Part shown: piece after piece, positions 6,973 through 14,730 of the stretch
How positions within the stretch are numbered: position 1 is the stretch's first letter
Layout of the letters: every line of letters starts with the position of its first letter
Virus record (IMG/VR): IMGVR_UViG_3300048502_000040
Location: 1 to 23,900 of that record
Source: a virus
DNA: 23,900 nucleotides
Strand: one strand, 5' to 3'
Position numbers and translations under genes: made by a program
Notes under the pieces: model-generated
Seen by the model: only the letters and a program-made list of their open reading frames with translations
The model's database searches: none
Told to the model about the DNA's origin: nothing

Positions 6973-7694
6973 TGGCGTACAGCTTGACGAACCAGCTTGA
7001 TAAAGTCGAGCACGATATGCTGAAGGCTGGCTACCCAGCCTCCGCCGTCTACCTAGCCATGCACAATGAGTGCAAGAAGTTCATGGAGCAGGAACGGGCA
7101 GAGCATTACTTCAAGCTCTACCAGCAGCACTATCAGAACGAGAAGGAAGCCAAGCTGAAGAACGACCAGCAGCAGTTGAGCTACAACGCTGCCTCGGTGG
7201 TGAACCACTTCCCGCCAGAGACGGCCAATCAGAACGCCATCAAGTTTGTGGAGTCGCAGCCAAACTACTACGCCTGCGTCGAGAACCACAAGCAGATGAC
7301 TGACCACATGATCGCCAATGGGATCGCACCGACCGTGGACGGCTTCCGCAAAGCCTACTACACACTGCGGGCACTGGGTGTCTTGAAGAGCCATCCTAAC
7401 CACGAGCCTGAAGCCTATTACGGCAAAGGGCTGGCGGCATCTCTGGGCGGCGCAATGGCGGTGGGCGCACAGCAGGCTATCGGCAAGGTGCCACACATGG
7501 ACACCGCCCTAGCGCAGCAGCAAGCTCAGGCCCACATGCTTGCGCAGATGGCGCAGGAAGAAAAGATCAAGCGCGACATCATCCGGGCCGCGATGGAAAT
7601 TGATACATGGGTGAACAAAGACAGCATGAAGGAAAAGATCAAGAGCGCAGTTGTCACAGAACACGTTGGCAGGAAGTTCAGAGAGGACATCTAG
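6972..7694 (+). CDS. hypothetical protein (C-terminal GRKFREDI)
   Basis: TAATG-coupled start MAYSLTNQ... Confidence 0.75.
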   Translation: MAYSLTNQLDKVEHDMLKAGYPASAVYLAMHNECKKFMEQERAEHYFKLYQQHYQNEKEAKLKNDQQQLSYNAASVVNHFPPETANQNAIKFVESQPNYYACVENHKQMTDHMIANGIAPTVDGFRKAYYTLRALGVLKSHPNHEPEAYYGKGLAASLGGAMAVGAQQAIGKVPHMDTALAQQQAQAHMLAQMAQEEKIKRDIIRAAMEIDTWVNKDSMKEKIKSAVVTEHVGRKFREDI

Positions 7695-7744
7695 TGAAAC
7701 GCATCCGAGCATTCATGCACCGCCACGCGGCGCTGATCCTGTGG

Positions 7745-7773
7745 TTGACAGCCGTGATCCATTGAGGTACAAT
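7745..7773 (+). promoter_or_regulatory. sigma70-type promoter, probably giving a leaderless mRNA
   Basis: TTGACA-N17-TACAAT; the ATG at 7780 is 7 nt downstream. Confidence 0.75.
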
Positions 7774-7779
7774 GATCCT

Positions 7780-7974
7780 ATGAGACACGAATGCGAACTC
7801 GACGAGATGGGACGCTGCCAGCCGTGCATCACCCGGTTCAACGACCTCATGCGCGAGGTTCACACTCACGAGTGTCATCGCGGCGACACGCGGGCGGTGC
7901 GCACCCCGCTGGGGTTCCGGTGTCTTAGGTTACTCCGCAAATTTTTTACAAAGTTCAGGAAGAGATCAAAATGA
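7780..7974 (+). CDS. small Cys/His-containing basic protein
   Basis: MRHECELDEMGRCQPC...; the start coincides with the predicted +1. Confidence 0.6.
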   Translation: MRHECELDEMGRCQPCITRFNDLMREVHTHECHRGDTRAVRTPLGFRCLRLLRKFFTKFRKRSK

Positions 7975-8828
7975 GAGTCATCATGAAGAGCGTCACCGTA
8001 ATTGGTCAGGAAGCCTTGAAGCTCGTCAAGGCGGGATACGACAGCGGTATGTCGTGGTCTGCCGTGGCAAAGCAGATGGGCATCCGCTTCCTCTTGGAGC
8101 AGCAGCGGGCCGAGCTATACGCCAGCGCCAACGCCGCGCTCTACGACAAGCTCACCTCCCTGCAATCTGACCCGTCCGACTCTGCGGCTGCCCGCAGCTT
8201 CCGCCTCACGCAGGATCAGCTTCGCCCCGGCGACCCCCGCCGCGACTTCCTCGGTGGCGTTCCCCACACCATCAACTCCAGCGCCGCCCGTACCGCCGCA
8301 ACCGCCCTCACCACCGCTGGCGAATCCGTCTACCAGAGGACATACAAGCGCCGGGTGGATCACACCAGCCTGACGCCGTGGACGTTCCGCATGTCCGCTG
8401 TCGAGGTAGAGTGGAGTCTGCAAAACTCTTTGGGGATAACTGTCGGGAGAGCCAACGACCCTGAGACAGCCCAATCCATCTGCGACCTCGTGAACGCCGT
8501 CCGCGACGCCGCCTACGACCTAGCGCAGACTGGGCGCACCAGCAGCGAGACGCCATCCGTATCAAATACGCCCAAGGAGGCCAAGAATCGCTTCACCGCG
8601 ACAGCAGAGAACCTCGTGGACCGGACTCCCTTCGCTGACTTCCCAACCCAGTCCCCCAAAGACTCCCTGAGCTTCCTACCCTTCCGCACCGGGCCGACAA
8701 CGACCGCCGTCTTCGACGGGCATCCCGGCCACCGCGCCGCGCTGGATCAAGCTGGCCGCCGCGACGACACCACTGAGCACCGCCTGCGCCAGCTTGACGG
8801 GATCGAGCATTCAAAATTCCAAATTTGA
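7971..8828 (+). CDS. hypothetical protein
   Basis: 285 aa ORF, ATGA-coupled, AGGA RBS. Confidence 0.7.
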   Translation: MRVIMKSVTVIGQEALKLVKAGYDSGMSWSAVAKQMGIRFLLEQQRAELYASANAALYDKLTSLQSDPSDSAAARSFRLTQDQLRPGDPRRDFLGGVPHTINSSAARTAATALTTAGESVYQRTYKRRVDHTSLTPWTFRMSAVEVEWSLQNSLGITVGRANDPETAQSICDLVNAVRDAAYDLAQTGRTSSETPSVSNTPKEAKNRFTATAENLVDRTPFADFPTQSPKDSLSFLPFRTGPTTTAVFDGHPGHRAALDQAGRRDDTTEHRLRQLDGIEHSKFQI

Positions 8829-9128
8829 ATTTACCCCATCCAAGGGTCATTCGCCTCTAATCGGTGCTTTCTTACCGCTTAGGGGCGTTTTTGTGCGTAA
8901 CAGGTGGAATTGTACCGTTTATCTACGAGCGATGACGATCCTGCACCAGCAGGCCAGAATTACCCCCAAAATGTTTGGCAGGTCGCGTGTCAAGTCTCCT
9001 TGTCAGGCTACCCCCTACGCCGCGTAACGCACCCCCACATATGGTACCTATCCTGATCGACCCCCTATTAGCAGGGCTAGGGTAGTGACCCCCTATGGCC
9101 GATGTGTTGGCCGATATGGTACCTTTAG

Positions 9129-9141
9129 CAACTAATTGATT
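9129..9141 (-). promoter_or_regulatory. IHF-consensus site
   Basis: Reverse complement AATCAATTAGTTG matches WATCAANNNNTTR. Confidence 0.5.
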
Positions 9142-9388
9142 AGTGGACGGATCAGGGAGGTCACCACCCTATCTCAACTAGGCGGGGCAGGGCGCTTCGG
9201 CCACACCAGCTTGAGCTTTGCCTGACCAACCGGGGCGGACTCCCGGCACGCGCCTTGGCGGAGGGTTGGTTAGGGACGTTATCTCCTTTGCTATCATACT
9301 CTTACGAGACATCTGACACTAACTCACTCATGCAATCGCACACGTCACGCGCACGGGCACACACGTACAGGCGGTACAGTTTAGCGTG

Positions 9389-9401
9389 TAACTGATTGAT
9401 A
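9389..9401 (-). promoter_or_regulatory. IHF-consensus site
   Basis: Reverse complement TATCAATCAGTTA matches WATCAANNNNTTR. Confidence 0.5.
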
Positions 9402-9559
9402 ATGAAAAAGTTAGCATAAGACGTACACATTATGGCGTATTGTGTACAGACGTGCGCGGCGGGCGTTCGGTTGCGTTCGGCGGCGGGCCGCGTGTGTGCG
9501 GTTGTGAATAGCCTAGCCTAACCGTTCACACTGGCGTGTATACCGTACGCGGTACGCTC

Positions 9560-10270
9560 ACAAGGCGGGCGGGCACAGGGCAAAGGATCACACACAAGGC
9601 GGGCCGCGTGTGAGCGCCACACAGGGCCGCACGGCGGCGGGCACGGTTGCACGTCACAAGGCGGGCCGCGTGTGCATGGCGTGTGCATGGCGTGTGCATG
9701 GCGTTAGACGTGTGAGCGTATGAAATACCGTTCGCGTTTACTGTGTGCCCTGTGTATGTGTCATAGGGTATCGGGCACAGGTAGACGTGTGGACGGTTGC
9801 ACGTTCGGGCGGTTAGTTATGTGCAAACAGTTTGGAGCATACGCGGCACAGGTTAGCGTGTGGCGTTCGGCGGTATGTGTACGACACACAGGCGGGCACA
9901 ATCACGCGTAGACGGGCACAGGCGGGCCGCGTAGACGTTCGGCGGGCGTTCGCACGGTACGCGATACAGGCGGCGGCCCTGTGTGCCATGCGCGGCGGCG
10001 GCCCGCGTTCGCGGTTGTGATCATGTGCGCATACGTGAGACAACCGAACGGGCCGCACACGCGGCGGATTGATACAGGCGGGCGTGTGAGCGTACGCGAT
10101 ACCGTTATACGGGCACAGACGGGCACGGGCGGCCCTGTGTGCGTTCTATCCTGTGTGAACGTGTGCCCTGTGCTGATACGTTCGGGCGGCGGCATGGCGG
10201 CCTGTTTATGTGCGAATAGTTTGGAGCATAAAAAGGCGGCCCGCCTGTGTAAGCTCGGGCCGCGTGTGAT
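9560..10270. repeat. low-complexity region of short dispersed repeats
   Basis: ACAAGGCGGGCCGCGTGTG x2, GCATGGCGT(GT) x3 in tandem, and TTATGTGCRAAYAGTTTGGAGCATA x2 (9817-9841, 10206-10230). Confidence 0.7.
10230..10263 (-). terminator. intrinsic terminator for the 10287-10454 gene
   Basis: The minus strand reads GCGGCCCG-loop-CGGGCCGC-CTTTTT. Confidence 0.65.
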
Positions 10271-10286
10271 CCTGTGCGAACGGGCG

Positions 10287-10454
10287 TTAGATTTTTACGC
10301 CCGCCGCCCGTGCCGCTGCATAGTTCGCGTGTGAGTGTGCATCAAAATAGACTTCAAACTCACCCGTGCCCGCGTCTATCAAAGGTTCGGCGGTTGCGGT
10401 TGTGTGATCCTGTGTGGCGGCGATTGCGGCGGTACGTGTGCGTAAAGTTGCCAT
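10287..10454 (-). CDS. 55 aa hypothetical protein (not in the ORF track)
   Basis: MATLRTRTAAIAATQDHTTATAEPLIDAGTGEFEVYFDAHSHANYAAARAAGVKI*, preceded by CGGGCAAAGGA and followed by a terminator. Confidence 0.65.
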   Translation of the reverse strand: MATLRTRTAAIAATQDHTTATAEPLIDAGTGEFEVYFDAHSHANYAAARAAGVKI

Positions 10455-10508
10455 TGTCTTTTATCCTTTGCCCGTGTTATCCTTTTTCTAGTTCGGAGGT
10501 ATCACACA

Positions 10509-10607
10509 ATGCGTTATGCTTACTTGCTTCTACCAGTCGCCGCCGTTCTATATGCCGCGTTCGCATTGCGTACGGCATTAGACGCGGTACTAACTTCTAT
10601 TCGCTAA
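10509..10607 (+). CDS. 32 aa single-TM peptide (not in the ORF track)
   Basis: GGAGGT RBS; MRYAYLLLPVAAVLYAAFALRTALDAVLTSIR*. Confidence 0.65.
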   Translation: MRYAYLLLPVAAVLYAAFALRTALDAVLTSIR

Positions 10608-10656
10608 CGCCACACAACCGCCGCCCGCCGCGTTAGTGCGGGCAAAGGATCACATC

Positions 10657-11070
10657 ATGAATAAGACAACCGCCGCCGCCCGCATCGCCGCCCGTACCAT
10701 TCACCCGTTAGATTCTCATGTGCCCGCCGAACGTGCGGCCCGCATCGCACAGGATCACATCTTGAGTGTGCCCGCATTGCGTGAGATAACGCCCGCCGAT
10801 ATTCTCGCCGCACACAAGGCGGCGGCCCGTGCGGTTGTGCTAGATTCGCCGATACCATCGCCCGCCGAATGTGACGCACAGATGCGCGAATTACACGCGG
10901 GCGATAGTGCCGCGTGTGCCGCGTGTGCAACCGCCGCCCAAACTATCGCGGCACTCACTGCGATATTGACACAGGCGGGCGGCGGCACATGCGCGGATTG
11001 TGGCAACTTGGCGCATGAGTTAGCGGCGGGCATATGTGTACACTGTGCATTCGCCGCGCATATGGCGTAG
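10657..11070 (+). CDS. Ala-rich hypothetical protein with CxxC pairs
   Basis: AAAGGA RBS in the conserved leader; CAAC, CADC and CVHC. Confidence 0.65.
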   Translation: MNKTTAAARIAARTIHPLDSHVPAERAARIAQDHILSVPALREITPADILAAHKAAARAVVLDSPIPSPAECDAQMRELHAGDSAACAACATAAQTIAALTAILTQAGGGTCADCGNLAHELAAGICVHCAFAAHMA

Positions 11071-11166
11071 ACGCACACACGCCCGCCTGTGCTATACTTT
11101 GCACGTACCACTAACCGCAACCGCAACCGCCGCCCGCCGCGATAGACGGGCAAAGGACAATATAAA

Positions 11167-11799
11167 ATGGCAATCTTAGACGCAACTTTCAATCTTGCGG
11201 TACGTTCGCTAACCGTTCGCGCACTGTTCACGGGCACACAGTTTGCAGATTATGCCGCCATGAAAAAAGACTTTCAATCACGCGGCATTCTTACGGTAAA
11301 TGTGAACTTCTCAGACGGTACGATATTCGGCGGCGCGGTTGATAATTGGCACTTCCGCGCATGGCATGATTCGGCGCATCTGGCGGTAGATTCTGACTTC
11401 ACACAGGCGGGCGAACGGGCGGCGAGTGTCTACCAGATTGCGCAAGTATTCGCCGCGTACGGTATCAACCCGGTAACTGGTAGATGGGCGGCGCTGATTG
11501 ATTGTGAAGTGAATGCGCAAGCTGAACACTTCTACAGGTTCGGCGAGTTTGTTCAGGATCAATCAGCATTCACACTCGCACAGTTGCGGGATGTGTACAA
11601 AGTAGAATTACCGGATGCGTTCGCGGGCACGGATACCGCCGCCGCCTATTGGAATGCGGCACTCGCCGCCATGCCGCCCGCGCAACTTGACGTATACGCC
11701 CGCCCGCTTGTGCCGCCCGCGTACCTGCTAGACTATGCGGGCATCTTTGTTGATTGCATGGCGAACGTGCGGCGAGACATTCGCAACCGCCGCCGCTAG
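11167..11799 (+). CDS. hypothetical phage protein with an FRAWHDxxH motif
   Basis: Conserved leader and RBS; HDSAH...F..AGE may be a metal-binding motif. Confidence 0.75.
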   Translation: MAILDATFNLAVRSLTVRALFTGTQFADYAAMKKDFQSRGILTVNVNFSDGTIFGGAVDNWHFRAWHDSAHLAVDSDFTQAGERAASVYQIAQVFAAYGINPVTGRWAALIDCEVNAQAEHFYRFGEFVQDQSAFTLAQLRDVYKVELPDAFAGTDTAAAYWNAALAAMPPAQLDVYARPLVPPAYLLDYAGIFVDCMANVRRDIRNRRR

Positions 11800-11891
11800 T
11801 CTAACCGCCGCCCGTGCTCACATAGACGGGCGGTTGTCTTTCAGGATCACAACCGCCGCCCGCCGCGTTAGGACGGGCACAGGGTAAAGCA

Positions 11892-12467
11892 ATGGCATAC
11901 GATTACACACAAGACATAAAGGCATGGCGGCGGGCACTGTGCCGCGTATACGCCCGCGCAACCGCCGAACAGATACAAGCGGGCGGCGAGTGGTACGCGA
12001 ACGCGGCGGCGGTACTAGCGGCATTCTTAGACGTGTGGACGGGCACACAGGCGGCGGCGGTATGCGCGGTATTATCGCCGCGTGTGGCGTGGAAGGAAAA
12101 CATCACGGGCGTTCGCAAAATGCACAAGGCGGCCCGCGAACGTCTACGCGTGTGCCCCACGGTTGCGGGCACTCGCCGCAATGTAGAACGCGCGTGGACG
12201 ATTGCACAGGCGGGCGATACTAGCCTAGTGAGCGGGCCGAAAGTGTCTAGCTTTTATGCGAACCTGTGCGGCGATTACAACCGCGTCACAATAGACATAT
12301 GGGCGGCGCGGGCGGCGGGCGTGAGTGATTCCGTTATGTCGCACTTGGATAGGCGGCGGTATACCGCACTGGTAACCGCGTATCGTTTGGCGGCGATGGA
12401 CTGCGGGCACACGCCCGCGCAATTTCAGGCGATTGTGTGGACTGTTACACGGGGGAATCATGAATAA
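11892..12467 (+). CDS. HhH-GPD/EndoIII-like DNA glycosylase-related phage protein
   Basis: WY..A, AVLSPRVAW..N, SGPKV..F..NL, VTIDIW and QAIVW resemble a helix-hairpin-helix with catalytic Lys/Asp. Confidence 0.55.
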   Translation: MAYDYTQDIKAWRRALCRVYARATAEQIQAGGEWYANAAAVLAAFLDVWTGTQAAAVCAVLSPRVAWKENITGVRKMHKAARERLRVCPTVAGTRRNVERAWTIAQAGDTSLVSGPKVSSFYANLCGDYNRVTIDIWAARAAGVSDSVMSHLDRRRYTALVTAYRLAAMDCGHTPAQFQAIVWTVTRGNHE

Positions 12468-12663
12468 CACGGCGGCATTATTGGACGCGGCACAGGCGGG
12501 CATAGACGCGGCCCGCGTAGACGTTCGGCGGGCACGGGCGGGCGTGGACGCGGCGGCGGCATTCTTACGCGGTTGCACATGTAAAGACGGGCGGTTGCCG
12601 TGCTCTAAGTGTATCGCCGCCGCAACTAAACGCTACACACGCGAACGGGGGAACCTGCGATGA
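12460..12663 (+). CDS. small hypothetical protein (CxC..CxxC)
   Basis: Overlapping operon arrangement, GGGGG RBS. Confidence 0.55.
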   Translation: MNNTAALLDAAQAGIDAARVDVRRARAGVDAAAAFLRGCTCKDGRLPCSKCIAAATKRYTRERGNLR

Positions 12664-12947
12664 TGAAAGGGAACATATTCCGCATACTAACCGAACGGCG
12701 AAACGTGCGCGGCATCCGCCGCATTCTCGCCGCGCATGGATTGGATTACACTTTGTTTCATGCGTTCGGATGTTTCGGCGGTACGCCCGAATCGTCTACC
12801 ATCATAGAATTGTGCCTTGTGACTCGGGCACAGGCGGTTGCGGTTGCGGTTGCAATCGGGCGGGCGAATAATCAGCAATGCGTGATGCTGCAAACGGTAT
12901 CAGGTTCGGCGGTATTGCTAGACACAGGCGGCACAGGTAAACACTAG
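12660..12947 (+). CDS. hypothetical protein
   Basis: ATGA-coupled ORF. Confidence 0.65.
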   Translation: MMKGNIFRILTERRNVRGIRRILAAHGLDYTLFHAFGCFGGTPESSTIIELCLVTRAQAVAVAVAIGRANNQQCVMLQTVSGSAVLLDTGGTGKH

Positions 12948-12991
12948 CAGACGCACACAGGGCCGCCAGCGGCGGCAGAATAGGGCACAGG

Positions 12992-13354
12992 ATGAGCGAA
13001 CCAGCGATGAGTCTACCAGCGGTTAGGATCACAGGCGACACGGGCCGCCCGCAACAGTATGCGGGTGAGCATGGATGCCGCACGTACATCAGCGAACAGG
13101 GCCGCGTGTGTATGGCGGCGGAAACCGTGATTCATGATGGGCGGATGTACTGCGATGCACATGCGCCAGCGGCGACAGGGCGGGCGGCGGGCCGCATCCC
13201 CAGCGGTGTACAGGCGGAGTTAGACGCGGCGGCGGTACGCACAGGCGACACGGCGGCGCTGATCCTTGCGCGGCACAGGTTGGGCATCATATTCAGTTTA
13301 TCAGCGGTTGAACTTGAGCGGGTCACAGCAGAGCTTTACCAGCGGACAGTTTGA
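12992..13354 (+). CDS. hypothetical protein
   Basis: 120 aa ORF with C...C...YCxxH; the start may be 13007. Confidence 0.6.
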   Translation: MSEPAMSLPAVRITGDTGRPQQYAGEHGCRTYISEQGRVCMAAETVIHDGRMYCDAHAPAATGRAAGRIPSGVQAELDAAAVRTGDTAALILARHRLGIIFSLSAVELERVTAELYQRTV

Positions 13355-13379
13355 CACACAACTAGGCGGCATGTATACT
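13351..13379 (+). promoter_or_regulatory. sigma70-type promoter
   Basis: TTGACA-N17-TATACT. Confidence 0.8.
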
Positions 13380-13410
13380 GTTACCAGCGAACTACTCGGA
13401 GGATACACAT

Positions 13411-13920
13411 ATGGCAGTCAAGAAAATGCTCGAACCGTGCGGCAACGACTTCACACCCTCAGCGAAAAATAAACAGGTGTGCGACAATTGTGGATTCATC
13501 AAGCGGAAGCATATCTGCAATTGCGGGTGTGGTCTCGGTCTCGGGATTGCACACCTCCCAGCGGTACACGCGGCGGCAACCGCCCCGAGCTTTACGGCAG
13601 AATCAGCGGCGGCATTCGCGGCCCGTATTCACCCGCGCAATTTCAATTTCAGCCCCAAACTCGCCGCCATAGTCGGCGCTATCATCGGGCACGATTACGG
13701 TGTGCGCGACCGCAAGGGCGGCCACCTTACAGGTCTCAGCATCACCAGCGATGGGTTTGTAATCGCGTCGTCTACTGCCAGCGATGGCGGCGGCGCATTG
13801 CTGTGCGATGCCGAAGAGCTAGACGCGAACCTCAGCGCATGGCTGCCCGAACTTGCGGCGAAGGATCAAACCGAGTTCAACCGCCTGCGGGCCGAACGTG
13901 TACGCGATTGGAGGAGCTAA
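13411..13920 (+). CDS. hypothetical protein with a Cys-rich N-terminus
   Basis: GGAGG RBS. Confidence 0.75.
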   Translation: MAVKKMLEPCGNDFTPSAKNKQVCDNCGFIKRKHICNCGCGLGLGIAHLPAVHAAATAPSFTAESAAAFAARIHPRNFNFSPKLAAIVGAIIGHDYGVRDRKGGHLTGLSITSDGFVIASSTASDGGGALLCDAEELDANLSAWLPELAAKDQTEFNRLRAERVRDWRS

Positions 13921-13921
13921 C

Positions 13922-14254
13922 TTGAACCTGACACAGGCACAGAATTACGCGGGACAGGTAGCGAATAAAACCGGGTCGAGTGTGCTGGTATACCGTACAC
14001 TAGATGGGGATCACGGTGTGGCGTTCACACTGCCCGGATCAACTAACGTGCGGGTGGGTGAACGCATCCGCCCGTCTCAGCCCAAACCAGCGGAAGCAGC
14101 GAAGGCACGGCTGGAATATCTGCGCGGAGAGTTGCGGGCGGAGTGCCTGAGCTATGCCGAAGTTGTCGAGCTTCAGACCCTCGTGGACTTTATCGAACCG
14201 GGGGACGTGGAATTGCTCGAAGCAGCGGGCGTACCGGAAGGGGCGGCACACTAA
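13922..14254 (+). CDS. hypothetical protein
   Basis: GGAGGAG RBS and TTG start; ends RLEYLRGELRAECLSY..LLEAAGVPE. Confidence 0.7.
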   Translation: MNLTQAQNYAGQVANKTGSSVLVYRTLDGDHGVAFTLPGSTNVRVGERIRPSQPKPAEAAKARLEYLRGELRAECLSYAEVVELQTLVDFIEPGDVELLEAAGVPEGAAH

Positions 14255-14457
14255 TGGCGCAATCGTTCACCAGTCCCATCGTCGCGGCGGCACACCAGCG
14301 GGAGCAGACGGCAGAATTTGCCCGCCTGCTAACCGCTGCCCGCGAGGTCTTGCAGTTCGAGCACATCCAGCGCATCAGCGATTCCATGGGCATCTCATGC
14401 CCGGCAGTCGAGACCCTGTTCGGTCAGGCGCTACACTATCGGGAAGGAGGGAACTAG
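14254..14457 (+). CDS. hypothetical protein
   Basis: TAATG-coupled start MAQSFTSP... Confidence 0.6.
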   Translation: MAQSFTSPIVAAAHQREQTAEFARLLTAAREVLQFEHIQRISDSMGISCPAVETLFGQALHYREGGN

Positions 14458-14521
14458 GAATGACAGCAGGACAGCCAGCGGGCAGCGCAAGCGTATCGCG
14501 CAGAACATGAGGAGGAATAAA

Positions 14522-14659
14522 GTGCGCAACTTTATCGCCGTTGTATTCGCAGCCGTGCTCATCGGTAGTTTGTTATGGTTGTTTCCTACTGCTTACGGAC
14601 TACAGCAGACTCCCACAGGAGCAGCAATTTGTAAGGCTCTCGGCGGTTGCTCAAATTAG
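14522..14659 (+). CDS. 45 aa membrane or secreted peptide (not in the ORF track)
   Basis: GAGGAGG RBS; MRNFIAVVFAAVLIGSLLWLFPTAYGLQQTPTGAAICKALGGCSN*. Confidence 0.65.
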   Translation: MRNFIAVVFAAVLIGSLLWLFPTAYGLQQTPTGAAICKALGGCSN

Positions 14660-14730
14660 CGCTTGACACCCACCCCTACCCGCGTGGTAGGCTTGCAGTA
14701 ATTCAGCGGTCACCCCGCTAGGAGCGACAC

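Noticed and set aside
9430-10270. ORFs on both strands; possible CRISPR or iteron array
   Set aside because: Low-complexity Arg/Cys/Ala translations without an RBS, and the repeats are irregularly spaced.
14663-14693. TTGACA...TAGGCT promoter before the AAA gene
   Set aside because: The 19-nt spacer and weak -10 make it plausible but not well supported.
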